Shown here: piece after piece, positions 47,380-50,707 of the stretch
How positions within the stretch are numbered: position 1 is the first letter of the stretch
Layout of the letters: every line of letters begins with the position of its first letter
Assembly (NCBI GenBank): GCA_964415735.1
Contig: CAYQBR010000001.1
Coordinates: 1,748-52,454 of the forward strand
From: an uncultured Klebsiella sp.
Lineage (GTDB): Bacteria > Pseudomonadota > Gammaproteobacteria > Pseudomonadales > Pseudohongiellaceae
Length of the DNA stretch: 50,707 nt
Reading direction: 5' to 3'
The notes under the pieces: model-generated
Told to the model about the DNA's origin: nothing
What the model saw: the letters and a program-made list of their open reading frames with translations, nothing else
Databases searched by the model: none
Program-made: the position numbers and the translations under genes

Positions 47380-47449
47380 ATCGGGCACACTGTCGGCCAT
47401 CGCCCCACGGCACAGCATTGGACGCTCCGCAGCCCGGAGCCGGCATCGC

Positions 47450-48526
47450 ATGACCCAGACGGTTTATCACTTCGACGACTTCACCCTCAATCTCGCCCAG
47501 CGCCAGCTGCGCCGTGGCGGGCAGGTGCTGGAACTCAATGCGCGCTACCTCGACGCGCTGGCGCTGCTGGTGCAGGAGAGCGGGCAGCTCGTGAGCAAGG
47601 AGCGCTTCCTGGCGGAAGTCTGGCAGGGCATTCCCGTGACGGACGAGGCGCTGACGCAGTGCATCAAGACCCTGCGCAAGGCGCTGGGCGATGCCGCCGG
47701 CAGTCCGCGTTTCATCGAGACCGTGCCCAAGCATGGCTATCGCTTCATCGCCAGCGTCCAGGCGCCGTCCATGCCGGCGCCAGCGGACGGCGGGCAGGGC
47801 AGTGCCATGCCAGTGCGCGCCCAGCGGCCGAACGGCACCCTGATCTCCCTCGCGGCCGGCATCCTCGGAGGTGCCCTGGCCGGTGTGCTGGGCGGGCTGG
47901 CCTATGGCTTCGTGGCCGCGTCGCAGTCCCTGGAGGCCGGCGCGCTGTCCGTGCTGCTGGTCATGCTCTGCCTGAGTCTGCTGGTGGCGGTGCCCGGTGC
48001 GGCCGGGGTCGTCAGCGGCTTCGTGCTGGCGCGGCGGCTGGCCCCGACGGCGCGCGGCTGGCCTGTGGCGGGTGCCGCATGCGGCGGCATGCTGGTGGGG
48101 GCGCTGGGCAAGCTGATCGGCGTCGACACCTTTGCGCTGCTGTTCGGACGGGCTCCGGGCGACATCACCGGCGCCTTCGAAGGTCTGCTTGTCGGCCTTG
48201 CGGTGGGTGCCGCCATCGTGCTGGTCGAGCGCACCGATGGGCAGGGGCCGCAGCCTCGACAGGTGGCGCTGGCGGGTCTGCTGTGCGCCGGCGTCGGGCT
48301 CATGCTCGCGGCGCTTGGGCGCCCGCTGCTGGGCGGCAGTCTGGAGCTGCTGGCGCAGAGCTTCCCGGCCTCGCGCCTGCAGCTGGATGCCCTGGGCAGT
48401 CTGTTCGGCGAACAGGGCTTCGGGCCGCGCAGCCAGCACCTGGCGGCGGCCGTGGAGGCAGGTCTCTTCGGCAGCTGCATCGCCAGCGCCATGCAACTCG
48501 CCCGGCGGGCCGCCGCCAACGCTTGA
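47450..48526 (+). CDS. membrane-embedded winged-helix (OmpR/PhoB C-terminal type, ToxR/CadC-like) transcriptional regulator
   Basis: N-terminal YHFDDFTLNLAQRQLRRGGQVLELNARYLDALALLV...VWQG..V.D.AL...I..LRK.L......FIETVPKHGYRFI. Followed by about 250 aa of Gly/Ala/Leu-rich predicted TM segments. Confidence 0.8.
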   Translation: MTQTVYHFDDFTLNLAQRQLRRGGQVLELNARYLDALALLVQESGQLVSKERFLAEVWQGIPVTDEALTQCIKTLRKALGDAAGSPRFIETVPKHGYRFIASVQAPSMPAPADGGQGSAMPVRAQRPNGTLISLAAGILGGALAGVLGGLAYGFVAASQSLEAGALSVLLVMLCLSLLVAVPGAAGVVSGFVLARRLAPTARGWPVAGAACGGMLVGALGKLIGVDTFALLFGRAPGDITGAFEGLLVGLAVGAAIVLVERTDGQGPQPRQVALAGLLCAGVGLMLAALGRPLLGGSLELLAQSFPASRLQLDALGSLFGEQGFGPRSQHLAAAVEAGLFGSCIASAMQLARRAAANA

Positions 48527-48660
48527 GTGATCCCCGCGTTTACCTCGTCAGGCAGAAATAAAGTCACGACAAATCACAGATTTTTTCGACGGAATGATGC
48601 TTCACTCTGCGTAACCGCAAGCACATGACCCTTCGGCACTCCATCAGCAAGGATATTCGC

Positions 48661-50039
48661 ATGACCTCGCAACAGGACTCTCAGACTCGATCGCAGGACG
48701 CTCCCCCTCTGGCCCCCCGTCGCAAGCGGCGCAAGGGTGGCCGCTGGCTGTTGCTGGTGCTGGCAGTCGCCGGCGCCGGCGGCTGGTATTACCTGCGCGG
48801 CAGCGATAGCCCCGAGGCCGAGAATCAGCCCTTGCTGGCGCGCGTCGAGATCGGCGACATCGAGAACACGATCTCCTCGGCCGGCAGTCTCAAGCCCAGT
48901 GATTTTGTTGACGTAGGAGCCCAGGTGTCCGGTCAGCTGCAGAAGCTCCATGTGGAAGTGGGGGACAAGGTGGAAGTCGGTCAGCTGCTGGCCGAGATCG
49001 ACGCCCGGACCCAGGCGAGCCGGGTGCAGGCCAGCCGCGCCGCCCTGGCTGCCCTGGAGGCACAGATCGTGTCGCGTCAGGCCAGCCTGGACCTTGCCCG
49101 GGCCAATGCCCAGCGTCAGGAGCGCCTGATGGCAGCCAATGCCACCAGCCAGCAGGACTACGACACGGCCGTGGCCAACCTCGCCAGTGCCGAGGCCGGC
49201 TATACCCAGCTGCAGCGCCAGATCGAGCAGAGCCGCTCCACCTTGAGCTCGGAGGAAACCTCGCTCGAATTCACCCGCATCTATGCGCCCATCGCGGGCA
49301 CCGTCGTGTCCATCGAGATGAACGAGGGTCGCACCCTGAATGCCAACCAGCAGGCGCCCACCATCCTGCGCATTGCCGATCTCTCCACCATGACTGTGCA
49401 GGCCGAGATCTCGGAGGCCGACATCGGCAATCTGAACATCGGCATGGACATCTACTTCACCACGCTGAGTGGCGGTCAGCGTCGCTGGCGCGGCACATTG
49501 CGGCAGATCCTGCCGACGCCGGTGATCGAGAACAATGTGGTGCTCTACACCGGCCTGTTCGATGTGGACAACGCCGACGGCACGTTGCTGCCGGAAATGA
49601 CCGCCCAGGTGTTCTTCATCACCGCGGCTGCTTATGACGTGCTGACGGTCCCTGTCGGGGCGCTCAGCTATGGTGCGCCCGCTGCGGCCGATGGGGCTCC
49701 CGCGGCTCCTGGAGCAGGCGCTCCTGCCGATGCCGAGGCCCGCATCGCAGCCGCACGTCAGGGTCAGGGGCGTCCCGCCGGGCGCCGCCCGCCGTCCGGA
49801 GATGGCACCGTGCCGGCGCGCCGACCGGCCACCGTCACGGTCATGGCGGCCGATGGCACGCAGCAGGCGCGTGACATCGTGGTCGGGGTGAGCAGCCGCA
49901 TCAGTGCGCAGGTGATCTCTGGCCTGGAGGAGGGCGAGCAGGTGGTGGCTGGAGTCATTCAGGGTGCGGCGGCACCCCAGCAGCAGCTGCAGGCCATCGG
50001 CGCGCCCACCGCGCCGCGCGGCTTCGGCGGAGGCTTCCG

Positions 50040-50043
<4 letters not shown>
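48661..50043 (+). CDS. macA: macrolide-type efflux periplasmic adaptor (MacA/HlyD family) with low-complexity insertions
   Basis: TM anchor [17 protein letters not shown], coiled-coil hairpin, [22 protein letters not shown] barrel motif. ATGA overlap with the macB-like gene. Confidence 0.85.

Positions 50044-50707
<664 letters not shown>

Overview
This is a densely packed, GC-rich, mostly housekeeping chromosomal segment of a gammaproteobacterium. The gene order aspS-yebC-ruvCAB-tolQRAB-pal-cpoB-queEC-tRNA-Lys-nadA-bepA-tusA-like-permease-dapA-bamC matches, from memory, the Pseudomonas/Oceanospirillales-type arrangement. I call about 47 protein genes, 3 tRNAs (Lys-UUU, Val-UAC, Asp-GUC), the classical prfB +1 programmed frameshift, and a few candidate promoters, palindromes and hairpins. 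I saw no CRISPR array, IS element, integrase, phage genes or recognisable defence genes. tRNA-Lys, a classic island target, is unoccupied. The one stretch that departs from routine housekeeping is about 32.9-38.6 kb, directly downstream of tRNA-Val/tRNA-Asp. There a single ~896-aa ORF fuses all three redox subunits of a cbb3-type (C-family) heme-copper oxidase (CcoN + CcoO + CcoP-like). It is translationally coupled to a 62-aa single-pass membrane ORF and a membrane-anchored TsdA-like diheme cytochrome c. A convergent Tat-exported protein of unknown function abuts this unit, and a divergent D-cysteine-desulfhydrase-family PLP enzyme follows. I propose, as inference only, a self-contained sulfur-compound (thiosulfate?) to oxygen respiratory module. 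Lower-priority second-look items are: a membrane-embedded winged-helix regulator plus partner membrane protein upstream of macAB; a MacA with low-complexity insertions; a 760-aa secreted metzincin; an LRR lipoprotein; a CHASE2 cyclase; the absence of ybgC ahead of tolQ; several perfect palindromes in intergenic DNA; and gene pairs that abut or overlap convergently with no terminator. Many long ORFs in the supplied track are antisense shadows of real genes in GC-rich DNA and were rejected.
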